Origin: Eledone cirrhosa
Taxonomy: Eukaryota
Reading direction: 5' to 3'
DNA length: 64,000 nucleotides
NCBI GenBank assembly: GCA_964016885.1
Contig: OZ024741.1
Coordinates: 316,324,001 to 316,388,000 of the forward strand
The notes under the pieces are model-generated. The model did not search any database. It worked only from the letters and a program-made list of their open reading frames with translations, and was not told the DNA's origin. Below, piece by piece: positions 13,851 to 27,230 of the stretch (positions within the stretch are counted from its first letter, which is position 1; each line of letters begins with the position of its first letter). Position numbers and translations under genes: made by a program.

Positions 13851-14267
13851 TATATATACACACACATACACATACATACGTATAGGCATATATACATATA
13901 TGGATATGTATGTATTATGTATGAATATGTGCATATACGTCCACATCGCTGCAATAATCCTTCAAAATTCAGAAAAGCAACAGAAGCTGAGTACAGAGTT
14001 GCTGCGGTACTAATCTGAAGCCATTTCTCGGAAAATGCTATAATCCAGCCTGAATAGAACAACAAACACTGCATCACAGTGGATTAACTTTGACCATGAA
14101 TAATAATGCTAAAGCACACAAACAACAAAAATCTGCCTCGTTAATCCTCTAATTAAAAATCAGTGGGGAAAATAAAAACCAGGAAGAAGATGGTGTTAAA
14201 TGTATACACTCTCGCCTCATTACACACACACATTCATACATATATAACATATATATATATATATATA

Positions 14268-14770
14268 CATGGAGTAGGCAGACCCAGAAAAACCTGGGAC
14301 GATTTGATAAATTCCGACCTTACACACTTACACCTCTCTAAGAGAATGTCACCTTGCCTAAGTACAAAGCGAAACCTAGTCAGTAGGCACCTCTTAATCA
14401 AATATACACCCCCATCCCACTACACCAACTCCCCCACCCCACCCCCATCAACACCACCCCTTTCTCTGTAAAGTTATGTTGGTACCATAACATCCAGTCC
14501 TAAATAAATGAAGTTGTGTAGGTGTCATGACAAAGAAACACACAGTCCACGCTGTAATGTGGCCGTGTCGGTAACACGGTAAAAACCTCCCAGTCCACAC
14601 TGTAAACGTGGTTGGTGTTAGGAAGGGCATCCAGCTGTAGAAAACCCGCCAGACAGTCCTATACGAGCGAGACGACCAATCTTGCCTCAAGTGGGACAAT
14701 TCCCGTCTAAACCCATGCTAGCGTGGAAGATAGACGTATGATGATGATGATAATGATGATGATGATGATG
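14268..14770 (+). mobile_element. RTE ORF-end fragment joined to the ~400-bp RTE-tailed non-autonomous repeat
   Basis: HGVGRPRKTWDDLINSDLTHLHLSKRM, then a body near-identical to 22823-23233 ending CCCATGCTAGCGTGGAAGATAGACG-(ATG)n. Confidence 0.75.
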
Positions 14771-15094
14771 ACACACACTTATATATGCATATGTGTGTTT
14801 ATGAAGGTATTCATCAATGCACCCACACCCACACAGAAACACATACACAGACACACACACACATATAAGTCAAAAGGGTCAATGACTTGATTTTTAGATA
14901 ATTAAATTAAAAGGTCATGTATAGAATGCTGTACTTGATAATGTGTTCATTTATTCTGTTTCCATATATCTGAAAATCTATTTAACGATCTGCAAGCTCT
15001 GTTAAAACATGATTTGCAGATGAAATCAAATAGGCTGAAACACAAGGATTCTGATAAAGGAGACACTGGGGTAAGGGGTACAAACTAGTAAAGA

Positions 15095-15340
15095 ATAATG
15101 TATATTGTGTATCATATATTAAATGAAATACTATAGTGTATATTGTGTTTATATATATCAAATGAAATATCAATATAGCCAACTATAGGGTACATTGTGT
15201 ATAATATATCAAATGAAATATCAATATAGCCAACTATAGGGTACATTGTGTATAATATATCAAATGAAATATCAATATAGCCAACTATAGGGTACATTGT
15301 GTATAATATATCAAATGAAACATCAATATAGCCAACTATA
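15095..15340. repeat. 51-bp minisatellite
   Basis: ATATATCAAATGAAATATCAATATAGCCAACTATAGGGTACATTGTGTATA about x4; degenerate copies resume at 15490-15590 after an inserted RTE-tailed repeat. Confidence 0.9.
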
Positions 15341-15769
15341 ATTAGGAAGGGCATCCAGGTGTAGAAACCTAGTCAAAACAGAGAATATGAGCAGGACCTA
15401 GTCACCTGATCCGTCCAGTCTCAGCATGCAACAGCTGTTTAACCCATGCAAACATGCAATATCAACATTAAATGGTAATGATGATAATAATGTACATGGT
15501 GTGTATATCAAATGAAATACCAATATACCCAATGATAGTGTATATTGTGTATATATCAAATATATATTGTGAAATACCAGTATACCCAATAGAATGATCA
15601 CAAATTCACAGTTCACAAAAATTGCTGCTTCAGATTTAATCTCATTTGAGATTATTCAATTATTGAAGTTTGAAAAGCTTACTCATGTTAATATGGTGCT
15701 TGGGTTAAAAATTATTAGATGATAATTTAAAATAGGGGAAGGGATTGAGGAAACCTAGGATTGCAAGGG

Positions 15770-16162
15770 AAGGAATGTGACCTGGGTCCATGAGAACCAG
15801 CAGACAAAATGGGGGTAGAATTAAGGAAACCTGAGATTTCAAGGGAAGAAATGTGACCTGTGTCTCTGAGAACCACTGCACTACATGGGGGAGGAATGTG
15901 ATCTGGGTCTTTGAGACCCACTGCCTTGGATGAAGGAGGAATGTGATCTGGGTCTTTGAGAACCACTGCCCTGGATGGGGGAAGAATATAATCTGGGTCT
16001 TTGAGACCTACTTCCCTAGATAAAGGAGGAATGTGATCTGAATGTTTGAGAACCACTGCTCTGGATGAGGGAGGAATGTGATCTAGGTATTTGAGAACCT
16101 CTGTCCTAGATGAGGGAGGAATATGACCTAGGTCTCTGAGGAAGGAATCTGATCCGGGTCCA
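15770..16162. repeat. 45-bp diverged minisatellite
   Basis: Unit GGAATGTGATCTGGGTCTTTGAGAACCACTGCCCTGGATGRRGGA, about 7-8 copies. Confidence 0.9.
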
Positions 16163-16475
16163 TAGTTATACCTGATATGAAAGCCAGTTGTTTCTATTAG
16201 CATGTAAATCAGTTGGAAATTATCTCCTCTTTTCTATAATAATTGATAACTATCACTATATTTTTGTTTGTTTTGTTTACAATTTAACCCTCTCATTACC
16301 ATGTTTATAATTTTTTAAATAATCAAGAATTTAGAGGGATTTAGTAATGTTACTTCCTTATTTAGTTGGTGTTTGGAGTAAAGCTTAACAAAGAATTTTG
16401 CATAAAATTATGATGGAAGGTTTATAGATAAATATGAACATTAAAACAATCGGGTAAGAAAAACAATGTGGTATG

Positions 16476-16700
16476 AAAAATACAAGAGAAGGTGGATATC
16501 TACACACCACTGATGAGGAGTTTGCAGATCCAGTATCCAAGATACATGTTCAGCTTCATAGCTGTCATTATTGGAGTTACAGGTTATATACCAACCCACC
16601 TGGCCCAAAGTATAACTTGGGTTTATGGGGAAAGAATGTTGCTTCTTAATTCATAAGCTACAAATCTGGAACCTACAAAATTTGTAAAACATTCTTGATT
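16476..16700 (+). mobile_element. 3' fragment of a restriction-like-endonuclease (RLE) non-LTR retrotransposon
   Basis: KIQEKVDIYTPLMRSLQIQYPRYMFSFIAVIIGVTGYIPTHL.. then after frameshifts LIHKLQI..GTYKICKTFL; resembles the K..KY..L..(P)IIxGxxG end of RLE domains. Confidence 0.7.
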
Positions 16701-17172
16701 CAAAGGATTAACGCTTACTCAAGAAATGACAACAATTTCTTTTCTTTACAACCTTGCCACCAGGAAAGTGGCCAGTCAAAAATAAACTCAAAATTAGAAA
16801 AAGAGAGAACATATATGCATGCACACACACACAAACAGAGTGAGAGAGAGAGAGATGAGCAGATAGAGAAATTAACAGATAGATAGAAAGATAGCCACAG
16901 AGATAAAGGCAGTGGGTATATGAATGTATGTACTTCAACAATGTATTGTTTACAAGTCGTTCCAAATTGGTTGGCTTCCTGTGTGTTCAGTAAAGGAAGA
17001 TACTCTAAATGGAATACAGTAAACTGTTCTTTGAATCACCAGGAAACAGTGAAGGGAAACTATGGAAAATAGATTCACTTTGTGTGTGTGTATATATATA
17101 TATATGAACACACACACACATGCACATATTAGGTAGTAATTCAGTTTCTTCTTTCTCTCACTCTCTCTCTCA

Positions 17173-17235
<63 letters not shown>

Positions 17236-17320
17236 ATATATGTATGTGTATGTATACATGTGTGCGTAATATGTGGCTATAGATAGATACACGTTTACAC
17301 ACATATACATGTATATACAC

Positions 17321-17375
<55 letters not shown>

Positions 17376-17378
<3 letters not shown>

Positions 17379-17408
17379 TAGAGCTCTGCCGTCGGGGTCA
17401 TACTTCTT

Positions 17409-17463
<55 letters not shown>

Positions 17464-17601
17464 ATAGGAAGAAGTATGACCCCGACAGCAGAGCTCTACT
17501 GCCGGGGTCATAATTGTTCCTATTACCCACTCTACTACCCTAAGTATTGAGTACTTTGGTGCGTTATAGTCCATCTGGTTCCTTACCACAATTCCTTTGT
17601 T
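17376..17601. mobile_element. Unclassified hairpin-ended element, copy 2 (inverted) plus duplicated terminal arm
   Basis: 17464-17601 is a reverse-complement homolog of copy 1; 17376-17412 is the reverse complement of 17465-17501. Confidence 0.75.
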
Positions 17602-19089
17602 ATATATATATATGTATATATATATATATACATGTGTGTACATATATATATATGTTTGTATGTGTATGAGCTTGTACACAAATTTGTGTGTATAAATATA
17701 GGTTGGTACACATGTTTATATATATATATATATATAGTGTCTGTATACTGATGCATACAGATACACATACATGACCTGAACAGCTCATACTATCGCTCTC
17801 TCTCTTTCACACACACACACACACACAAACACAAACACAAACACACACACACACACAACCACACATACATGGATATGCACACAAGTATTAATTAATATTT
17901 AAAGTGTACTATACAACCATTGGACGTATAAATAGGGTAGGGATGGGTGTAAGATGCGGGGTGGGATGATGGTATGATAGGGAAGGCTGTGAGGTTTTGT
18001 AGAAGAGAGAAATTTGAAATTAAATTACAAATGTGTTTCTAGTGTGTTGTATAGGGTGGAAATTAAAACAGCTGATGATGAGAATGGTGGTGTCGGAGGT
18101 GGTGGTAGCGTTGGTGGTGGCAGTAGTGTTGGTGATGGTGGTAGCGTTAGTGGTGGTGATGGTTGTGGTAGTGGTGGAGGAGAATGATTATGATGATGGC
18201 AGTGATGGCAAAGATGCTGATAATGGTGTAGATGATGACAAGGATGATGATTATGATAACAAAGGTGAAGACAATGAAAAAGAATATATAAATGACACCG
18301 ATGATGATGATGATGATGATGATGATGATAGCGACAGTAATCATGATGATAATGACGGTGATGATGATGTCGATGGTGAGAACAATAACACAAACCTTTG
18401 AGAAAAAGAAAGTTGAAAAAATAATTAAAAACTGAGGAAATGAACAAATATGAGAGGTGGAGTAGTGAAGAAAAAAAGGATGAAAAAGAGAGTGCTGAGG
18501 GAAGATGAGAGTGAGAAAGAAGGTTAGGGAGAGGAAAGTGTATGAAGGAGAGGGGAGGAGGATACGGTGTATAGAAGAGGGGGGAGGGTGTAAAAAAGAA
18601 AAGACAAAATAAAAAAGCCATTAAATCAATTTCATGCTTTAAATGTTTGCCATTTAAGGAAATATCTCCATACCTCCCTGCCCACAACTACCAACCCTAC
18701 CTCAACCACCACCACCACCAACACTACTACTACTACTACTACTACTACAAAAATCCAGTGAAGAAGCCAGCCGCAGCAGACACAGCAGCCAAACCTCCCT
18801 CAAATCACACACTAAAATAATGATAAATGTGATGGTGGTGGCACCCAGTACACACTATAAATTGGTAGGTGTTAAGAAGGGCACCTAGCTATAGAAACAA
18901 AACCAATTATGGAACGCATGAGCAGGATATGGTCATTCCAACCCAACTGGTTTTAGACTATGAGAACCTGTCCGACCCATACCTGTATAGAAAGCAGATG
19001 TTAATAATTATCTTATGGGTTGTGTGATAAACACAATAAACATACATTGAATGGAGGAGTCATACTGCATTTAGAAACTGTGTGTGTGT

Positions 19090-19346
19090 TATCAATCGAT
19101 CAAATCAATCGACAAGATCCCAAACCTCACTCCCTTACCAAGTGGGGTGGAATTCATCAAATCGGGCCACGGAAACAATGTTTTCCATTGGTCTTTCCAT
19201 TGAAGATAGTATCCACAGGTAGCAACTCCTGGCAGAAAGACCAACATGAAATAAAAACCTTGCTCAATGATATAGTGCATCGCCCAGTCCAAGAGTCAAA
19301 CTCATAACCTCAAGATTGCAAATCCAATTCCCTAACCACTAAGCCA
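19090..19346 (-). mobile_element. tRNA-derived SINE, second body type (diverged)
   Basis: Reverse-complement similarity to 44227-44470. Confidence 0.75.
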
Positions 19347-19776
19347 ATAGTGTTTACAATAGTCATCATTAACTGTGAAGTCTCACCAGTAGTTTTAGCA
19401 AAACATTTCAAAGTAAAGAGTTAATCCCAAAGATGTTTCAAAGGCACAGCAGCCTCTCTACTGTTGGTGCCATGATAAAATGAGCCCAGTGCACTCTGTA
19501 GAATGCAGGAATCTATGAAAGTGAAATGCAGACCCCAGCCTGTCTGAGAAGTTAGTAGCTTCAACTAATTTGAGGGGAGAGGAAAGTTGATTAAATAGAC
19601 CCCAGTATGTTACTGGTACTTTATTCTATCGATCCCATAAGGATGAAAGGCAAAGCTAACAATAATAACAACCTAGTTTTTTTCTATATATTAAAAATAA
19701 TCACTTCCCAGAGGGCAATACAATCTTGTCTTCTTTCCTGTTAACTAAAACTTTTGTTTCTGCTGTGTTTACTTAG

Positions 19777-19965
19777 CCCTTTAGCATTTACATTACTCTA
19801 TATTTATCATTATATTTTCACATAGTATCGAATCTATGAGATTTTGATATTATTTATTTTGAGAATAATACCTTAACATCACTATGAGTAGCCAGTTATG
19901 GCTAGTTTAAACAGAAATAGGGGAGAAAATTCTGGCTGGATACAGCCAGTTTAAATGCTAAAGGT
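19777..19965. mobile_element. piggyBac-type MITE family A (opposite orientation)
   Basis: TTAG|CCCTTTAGCATTTA...TAAATGCTAAAGGT|TTAA; body is the reverse complement of the other copies. Confidence 0.8.
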
Positions 19966-20579
19966 TTAAACACCTCTTAACTCTGGGCCCTGTTTCTCTG
20001 GAATTTTTTCTTTAATTCTTTGACGGGTTCAGCAATAAGAAATAGGTCATCAGTATACCAAAGTATTTTAACCAATCCACAAAACTGCCTCTAGTTCTAT
20101 GAAACAAAATCAACTATTTTAAAGGATTTCTTACTTAAATGCAAATCTTCCAGCATAATTTGAAACAAATTTGTTTTAAGTTATGCTACACAAACCATTT
20201 TAATAATCAAATAATTAATAATTTTAGTAAATCTACCCTAAATTCTTCATTAATTGAAATAAAGTGAATTTAATTAAAAATATGGTTGCAAATTGGCTAA
20301 ACTACAAGGGAACAGGTAGGGGTCTCGGAACCAAACCTTGGTGGCTGCTTCTTTATATGCTAAAGTTTTGCTGATCCTGTAACTAATTCTTATCTTGCCG
20401 AGGCCTGAACAGCTATCACAAGCCACTTATCTACACATAATGTTCTTATAAAAGATTAATCTTTTTATTACAATATATATATAATAGCTCCGTTTAAATA
20501 ATTATTCATCTAGTTGATTTCTACGGACTAGGGTGAAGAAAGATTGGGTATATTTTATCTAACTGTTCTTCAAACTTGC

Positions 20580-20618
<39 letters not shown>

Positions 20619-21414
20619 AATAATGGAGCTGCGGCGTTGCAAATGGGATACATATGAAAAAGTGAGTCCTTCATCAGTGACCCTCCAACCGTCCTCGGCA
20701 TTTCATCGCTTTAAGGGCCATATGCCTCAGGTTGGTGCGAACAACGGCTAAAAAAAGTCGTTGGGACACGTAAACAAAGGGGGACGCTAGAGTAACAACA
20801 TATATATATATATATAATAACTTTTTAATATTTATTCTTCATGCTTGCATACGTTACACGGGTTGTCAGTGTCGAGCTAGACTGGTCAGGTGAGCACATC
20901 TTGCTCATTTATTCCATTTTTGGCTTCGTTTCTACGGCTACATGTCCTTCCTTACACCAACTATTTAACAGGAGGATTTTATTATGGAACCAGCACTACC
21001 ACCACCTTACAGGGTGAACTGGGTGTCTTTTATCATGGCACCAGCACTACTGCTTTACAGAAGGAGCTGGGTGTAATTTATTGTTGAACTAGCACTATAT
21101 AAACACATGCATGAAACATACACACAGACTTACATATACATACACACACAAACACACAGTTACATATACACCCACATAGCCACATGCTCAGCTTGAAAAA
21201 GAACAGCTAGGAAAGACAGTCAAAATTGTAGAAAGGTGAAAACCTGGTACAACAGTATTTATAGCAAAGGTGGGAGATAATAGGAGGAGGTGGAATGTTC
21301 TAGAACTTCTCTCTAGACAGAGTTATAGGGAAAGGAACAGAAAAGAGTGGGAGGTGACAAGACAGAGGTGATTGGGAGAAAGTGGTGGTGGTCAGGAAGG
21401 TGAACTAGTAGGAT

Positions 21415-21466
21415 GGTGGCCATAGCGCTGGTGATGATGGTGGTAGTGGTGGTAGTGGTGGTAGTG

Positions 21467-21532
<66 letters not shown>

Positions 21533-21611
21533 ATGGTGGTGGTGGTAGTGATGGTGGTAGTGGTGGTGGTAGTAGTAGTAGTAGTGGTGGTGGTGGTGGT
21601 GGTGGTGGTAT

Positions 21612-21663
<52 letters not shown>
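21415..21663. repeat. (GTA)n/(GGT)n compound trinucleotide tract
   Basis: Directly visible; similar low-complexity tracts at 2092-2184, 18085-18375, 24950-25240, 26428-26815, 38360-38630 and 54700-55115. Confidence 0.95.
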
Positions 21664-21664
<1 letters not shown>

Positions 21665-22059
21665 AAAGACAAATTCATGGAAGAAAAAAGTGAAGAATTT
21701 AAGAATTTAACAATGGAGAGATACCCACCCCCTCCACCACCTTCACCATCATCTACATCACCATCACCACCTCCATCACCATCTCCATCATCATTACCAC
21801 AAAATCAATAGAATTCAATAGTTTAGAATTTGGTAGATGGTTGGATAGTTGGGGTGGTTTTACGGTAGTGGTGACAGGGGTGTTTGTGGCAGAGGTAGTG
21901 GTGATGGTAGGGATCTTGGTTGTAATATTGGTAGGTGGAGGTTGTGGTGATGGTGGTAGTGTTGGTGGAGGTGGTGGTATGGGTGTTTACTACTGAAGAA
22001 AAAAGTGTGTAAGCAACACAGTAAATAGCCCCCTGCCTCTCCCTCTCTCTCTTTCTATC

Positions 22060-22095
<36 letters not shown>

Positions 22096-22389
22096 CATCT
22101 AATGTCCATTCTCCAGTGGGTTAGATGAGCTGTCCCATTGTGAAACAAGCCAGATTGGATTATGGTGTCTTGCTCATACAGAACTTTACAGTGTATATGG
22201 GTACTTTTTGTTCTGACACCTACAAGACCACTTTACTGTGTGGACCAGGCACATTTTGTCGTGTCACCAACATAACCACTTTACAGTGTGAGCTGGACAC
22301 GTTTTGTCGTGTCACCAACACAACCACTTTACAGTGTGGGCTGGGCGCTTTTTGGAGGTGAGTGGAGTGTTAGGACGTGGGAGGTGTAT

Positions 22390-22745
22390 GGAAGGAGTGA
22401 CAGAGGAAAGTCAAGCATACTAAATGCATATCTCAAGCTGTGCACATGAGAAAGTGGGTCTTCTGAATTACTGCAGAGAGCATGGTCCTGTATCATCTCC
22501 TTTGAGAGGTGCAATTGTACAAGGTCAGCTTTTATCATCTCATCCCAAGTTTTCCTAGGTCTTCTTACATCATAGCTTCCATCAACTTTGAGCATTCTGC
22601 ACCTTTTTATATCCTCCATACACATCACATGTCCCAATCTCCTCTCCTGATCCCTCTTATGCCCAGTTTCTATCTCACTTCATTTACACTTTGTCGTTCA
22701 TGTATATTACTATTACACATCCATGGAAGCATGGAAATTTCCTTT
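22390..22745 (-). mobile_element. Degenerate RTE-clade LINE 3' fragment
   Basis: GHVMCMEDIKRCRMLKVDGSYDVRRPRKTWDEMIKADLVQLHLSKEM (ORF 22329-22637). Confidence 0.8.
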
Positions 22746-22775
22746 CTTTCCAATACATATGTGTGTGTGTGTCTG

Positions 22776-22822
<47 letters not shown>

Positions 22823-22827
<5 letters not shown>

Positions 22828-23190
22828 AAAGCGAAACCTACAGTCAGTAGGCACCTCTAACAAAAGTACACCCCGGCCCCACTACCCCCACCCCATCCAC
22901 ACCACCCCTTCCAATGTCAAGTTATGTTGGTACCACAACATCCAGTCCGAAACAAATGAGGTCGTGTAGGTGTCACGACAAAAAAACACACAGTCCACGC
23001 TGTAATGTGGCCGTGTAGGTAACAGGGTAAAAACCTCCCAGTCCACACTGTAAACATGGTTGGTGTTAGGAAGGGCATCTAGCCATAGAAAACCTGCCAT
23101 ACAGTCCTATACGAGCAAGACAACCAATCTTGCCTCAAGTGGGAAAATTCCCATCCAAACCCATGCTAGTGTGGAAGATGGACGTTAAAC

Positions 23191-23233
<43 letters not shown>
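22823..23233 (+). mobile_element. RTE-tailed non-autonomous retroposon, long form
   Basis: Close match to 14360-14770 and 36600-36970; contains GGTTGGTGTTAGGAAGGGCATC and the tail GGAAGATGGACGTTAAAC(GAT)n. Confidence 0.8.
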
Positions 23234-23235
<2 letters not shown>

Positions 23236-23647
23236 ATATATATATATATATGCAATGAAGAACATGGGGAAGGGTTAAACTGGAGGATCAGAACCATGGA
23301 ACTACATATAACATGATGCAATGCTAGTTGGAGTGGGGTGGAGAGGAAAGGATGTTGGTGAGGGTTTGGAGATGGAAAATACACCAACCTCCCATCCCAC
23401 ACTTTTCCTACCACCACAGCTACCGCAAACACAAACTTCAACCTACCACCCCATGATACATACAAACACAATTTACTTTAGCACAAATGTACTAGTTAGT
23501 AGTATTACTGGTTGTTGTGGTAGTGTTAGTTGAGTAGTAGCAGTGGTGGTGGTTGTGGTAGTTGTAGTACTAGTGGTAGTGGTGGTGATAGTAATGGTGA
23601 TGTGATATGAGTTGTAGTAGTAGTGTTGTTGGTAGTGGTAGCAGTAA

Positions 23648-23703
<56 letters not shown>

Positions 23704-24511
23704 CTTGCAATGCTGTAAAATAACGATGGCTACCATGTGACTGTGTGTCTGTATGTATGTGTGAGGAATCTCTTGTGTGCAACTATGTGTGTGTGTGTGT
23801 ATGTACCAGTGGCTATGTTTGTGAGTGTGTATGTATGTCTATGTGTGTGTATGTGTGTGTGAGAGAATGTACCTTTGGCTACATATGTGAGCGTGTATGT
23901 ATGTATGTCAGTGAATGTACCAGTGGCTATGTTTGCGAGTATGACTCGGTGTATGTGTGTGCATTTGTGAGTGGTTGTACCTGTAGCTATGTGTATCAGT
24001 GTGTATGTGTATATATATGTATGTATGTGTGTGTGTGTGTGACTGAGAAAATAGTGGAGGGGAAGTGGAAGCTGCTTTACTTTTGTGTAGCTCTGCATAT
24101 TTGACAGTACATCAGTATTTGATGAGTGTATGTATGTACGTGTGTATGTGTGTGTGAGTGTATGTGTGTGTGTGTGTGAGAGAAAGGTAAACTGGAAGGA
24201 GGAGATGGAAGGAATGAAAGGTGTTGGTGAAGATAAAATTATTTCTTACGGAATACATGTGTATAATACATAATATATATATATGCATACATACACACAT
24301 TCATATATAGATACAAATTTACACACGAACACACATCACATCTCTATATCTATCTATCTCTCACTCTCACTCTCTCTCTCTCTCTCTCTGTATATATATA
24401 TATATAAAGTATAAATATACATATACATATATATATATATATATATACATACACACACATATACATATATATATATATATACATACACACACATATACAT
24501 ATATAAGTGAA

Positions 24512-24723
24512 GGCGTGTGGCTGAGTGGTTAGAGAATTGTATTCGCAATCGTAAGGTTGTGAGTTCGATTCCTGGACCAGGCAATGCGTTATGTCCTTGG
24601 GCAAGACACTTTATTTCACGTTGTTCCTTCTACCTGGAGTTGCGACCGATAGATAGTATTAGCAATTGGAAAGACCAACGGAAACATTGTTCCCTCGGTC
24701 CGATTTGACGAAAGTCGATCGTT

Positions 24724-24725
<2 letters not shown>
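24512..24725 (+). mobile_element. tRNA-derived SINE, second body type
   Basis: A-box TGGCTGAGTGG, B-box AGTTCGATTCC, core TGTCCTTGGGCAAGACACTTTATTTCAC, body GATAGTATTAGCAATTGGAAAGACCAA; homologs at 44227-44470(+) and 19090-19346(-). Confidence 0.85.
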
Positions 24726-24805
<80 letters not shown>

Positions 24806-25800
24806 CACACACACATATATACACACACACACATATATATATATACTGTGTGTATATAAGATGGTGCTTGCTATGCCTCACCTAATCATCTTCTTCAATG
24901 CAATATAACATCACCCCCACCCAGTCGCCATAAATAAATAACACTTAATCATGAACTCCATCATAATCATGACCATCAATATCACCATCATCTTCACCAC
25001 CATCACCATTAATATTACCATCATCACCATCAGTATTACCAGCATCCTCATCACCATCAGTATTACCATCAACATTGTCTTCATCATCACCATCCTCAAC
25101 ATCAATATTACCACCACCACCGTCACCACCACCACCAACACCACCACCATCACCACCACCACAACCATCACCACCACCACCACCACCACAACCATCACCA
25201 CCACCACAACCACCATCACCACCACCACCACCACCACCATTTCTTCTTTCCTCTCCTCCAGCCTGTTTATACAATGGTTTCAATGGTTGGAAACAAGAAG
25301 GAATAAGTTGTAAGTGGTAGTGGTGGAGGTGATGGTGGTGGGGAGTTGTATTCCTACTGAGATTGCAAGGAAGGGAGTGGGGAGAGAAGAAAAAGGAGGA
25401 GAATGTTGTGAGGTGTATTCAATAACAACTGAAGGCTTGGATAACGGTTGGGGTGGGGTTGGGGGTTGGTTCTAGAAGGGAGGGATATCTGCTAGGGTGG
25501 ATGGGGAAGACTTGGAGTGGACAGGGTGGGGGATTCGGATGGGAGATGGGAGAAAAGAAAGTGGTAGATAGGGGGGGGGGGACAGTTGTGGAGATAGATA
25601 AGAGAGGGAGAAAGAAAAAGAGAGAAAGAAAGGAAGAGAGAGGGGAGGAGAGATAGAGGGCATGAGGGGATTGAAGAGGAAGATAAGATAGGAGAATAGA
25701 AAACATGTGTAGGGGGGAGAGGATACATATGTATGTAAATATGTGCATACATGCATGTATTTTTAAACGTAGACACATATCATTTAATCTCTCTCTCTCT

Positions 25801-25835
<35 letters not shown>

Positions 25836-25894
25836 AACATATACATATATACACATGCATATATATATATATATATACATACATACATATATAG

Positions 25895-25979
<85 letters not shown>

Positions 25980-27152
25980 AACATATACATATATACACAT
26001 GCATATATGTATATATACATACATATATATACATATATATACATATATACATTATATATATATATACTATGTATCACACATGTATATATATATATATTAT
26101 ATATGCACACATATATATATGTATGTATATATATACACACATATACATGTGTGTGTGCGCGCGTGCATATGCACACACGCATGCATACATACGTAGACAC
26201 ATGTGAGTATACACTCAAATACACATGTGCATACCTATAAACATGTTATCTTTCATATCGAAATGGTAGGTGTTGAGGAGCAGTGGGAATGTGAGCAGAG
26301 CAGAGTTAAATTTAAGGAGAGGTGTGGTGTGGGAAGACTAGGGTGGGGAGAAGATCAGAGGGTGGAGTGGCTAGATGGAGAAAGGTGCAGTGTTAATCCA
26401 GAAACCAAGTAACAAGCAGCAACAGCCTTATCATCATCATCATCATCATCATCATCACCATTGTTGACATCCCCATCATCATCATCATCAACATCATCAT
26501 CACCACCACCACCAACATCATTATTATCAGGATCATCATTGTCTTCATCATCATCACAACCACAATTATCACAATCTTTCATCAACATCAGCACTGATAT
26601 CCCCATCACTAGCACTAGCATCCTTGTCATTAGGATCATCATCATCACCACCACCATCACCAACATCACTAGCATCATCGCAATACTCATCTTTACCACC
26701 AACAACAACAACAGCAACAACTACAGCAACAAAACCATCATCAACAACACCACCACCACCACCAACAACCACAAACAGCATCATCATCAACACAGCCATC
26801 ACAAACAACAACATCTCTAACTAAAGCTGTAATTGCCTGCAAAGAAAGGAATCAGGTTTAGCCAACTGCACATTGGAACACAATTTACACCTGCATAAGC
26901 AGACATACATCTCCGTTCAGGCACACAGATGTACATACAAGTCTTCATTTGAATTATATTGTTTTATATATATATATATATATTTGTATATCCATATGTA
27001 GATGGGTTTATTGCAATAGATGATAAAGGAAATTACTGCATGGGACATTAACAACAAAACTAGCAGCAGCACCAGCTGATTAATAACATCACACTTTGCT
27101 ATCACGAAGGAGAAATGAAGAAATCAAAATGGGAATATGAAATATATATATA

Positions 27153-27230
<78 letters not shown>

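Noticed and set aside
14935-15075. Exon-like unique sequence on either strand
   Set aside because: The plus frame has a donor but no convincing acceptor; minus frames stop before a good donor; no MXD similarity.
15727-16203. 158-aa ORF with LKDPDHIPPSS repeats
   Set aside because: Explained by the 45-bp minisatellite; no splice or homology support.
20660-20685. Minus-strand GTCA-CTGATGA-AGGA half hammerhead
   Set aside because: No GAAA box or stem I partner before the TA tract; truncated at best.
24512-24585. Possible tRNA genes at SINE heads (also 5549, 13090-13163, 28041, 44227)
   Set aside because: A/B boxes present but acceptor stems are incomplete, anticodons vary between copies and each continues into a SINE body.
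25449-25581. G-run cluster with G-quadruplex potential
   Set aside because: Purine-rich low-complexity tracts are common throughout the window; nothing singles this one out.
18033-26824. Acidic, Gly-, Thr- or Pro-rich ORFs (18033-18401, 21313-21811, 24911-25320, 26355-26824)
   Set aside because: Degenerate trinucleotide tracts open in several frames on both strands; no recognisable protein.
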